This document shows positions 63,488 to 64,000 of a stretch of 64,000 bases of DNA, piece by piece. The notes under the pieces are model-generated. The model was not told where the DNA came from. It saw only the letters and a list, made by a program, of their open reading frames with translations, and ran no database searches. The DNA comes from Escherichia coli (GTDB taxonomy: Bacteria > Pseudomonadota > Gammaproteobacteria > Enterobacterales > Enterobacteriaceae), in assembly GCF_044324875.1 (NCBI RefSeq), contig NZ_CP172185.1. One strand, given 5' to 3'. Position 1 is the first letter of the stretch, and each line of letters begins with the position of its first letter. The position numbers were made by a program, and so were the translations under genes.

Positions 63488-63588
63488 AGCTACTCCTTAG
63501 TAAACACAGCAAAAGAATACCCATAGGTAAACAAAAGTCAATACCCTTGGGTTGTTTACCTTGCGGTAATCGCATCTATTATTTACCT
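63488..63588. promoter_or_regulatory. Divergent promoter/operator region with three copies of an AGGTAAACA-type site
   Basis: cataggtaaaca, ggttgtttacctt and atttacctatgg between divergent regulator genes. Confidence 0.5.
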
Positions 63589-64000
63589 ATGGACAAATAT
63601 GAATTTAGACGACAACAACTCATCAAAATTCGTGATGAGAAATGCGATGGTAAAGCGGTTAACGTGGCCAGAAAGATCGGTCGCGAGCCTTCTTATGTAT
63701 CAAGAATGTTGTACCCAGAGGGGAAAAAAGGAAAAAAACGGATCGCTGATGATATGGTGGAGATTATAGAAGAGTCCTTTGGGTTACCCCGGGGATGGAT
63801 GGATGGTATCGTTTCATCATCAACGAACACAGCCTCCAATTATGAAACAAGGGTTCTAACGCCACGACAACGTATTTTTTTAGATCTCTTAGACGAACTG
63901 CCTGAAAGTGAAGCGGATAACTTATTAAAAACTCTTGAAGAGAAAAAACAGTATTACAATATGATCTACGAAGAAATCCGTAAAAAGAAAGCACAAAACG
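63589..64000 (+). CDS. Putative prophage repressor (HTH), 5' part; continues beyond window end
   Basis: Open frame from ATG 63589 to window edge, divergent from the Cro-like gene; HTH-like segment AVNVARKIGREPSYVSRML. Confidence 0.5.
   Translation, partial: MDKYEFRRQQLIKIRDEKCDGKAVNVARKIGREPSYVSRMLYPEGKKGKKRIADDMVEIIEESFGLPRGWMDGIVSSSTNTASNYETRVLTPRQRIFLDLLDELPESEADNLLKTLEEKKQYYNMIYEEIRKKKAQN

Noticed and set aside
63764-63994. 76-aa minus-strand ORF at the window end
   Set aside because: Antisense to the longer plus-strand repressor-like frame, which begins with a good ATG and sits divergent to the Cro-like gene.

Overview
The window has two parts. (1) Positions 1 to about 17.6 kb are a siderophore and metal-uptake island: the 3' end of sitB, sitC, sitD, then iutA-iucDCBA (aerobactin) with its Fur-regulated promoter and divergent shiF, the whole interspersed with decayed IS elements (IS1-like, two ISL3-like, IS481-like fragments, a solo IS100-type inverted repeat) and one intact IS256-family element with an 8-bp target-site duplication. 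(2) From about 18.3 kb to the window end is a lambda-like prophage on the minus strand, running repressor/Cro-like/CII-like, O-like and P-like replication genes, nin region (RusA, DUF968, Q-like), tRNA-Ile and tRNA-Arg, holin, SAR endolysin, Rz/Rz1, cos, Nu1-A-W-B-C-D-E-FI-FII-Z-U-V-G-T-H-M-L-K-I-J, side tail fibre, Tfa, and a trimeric autotransporter adhesin at the tail end. The prophage looks cryptic: J is split by an IS21-family element (5-bp duplication CTCGT), the side tail fibre gene by an IS66-family element (8-bp duplication GAAGAATC), and IS100 (1954 bp, 5-bp duplication GTAAC) sits in the early-right operon. I could not identify one definite novel system; the best candidates are cargo genes at classical moron positions: a lipoprotein with a TonB C-terminal-like domain plus an AT-rich membrane protein and a small secreted Cys-rich protein between Rz and cos, an AT-rich membrane protein where Stx phages carry stx, an opposite-strand gene between holin and endolysin, and a ParD/ParE-like pair in the nin region. 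All calls rest on reading the supplied translations and DNA by eye; no database search was run.
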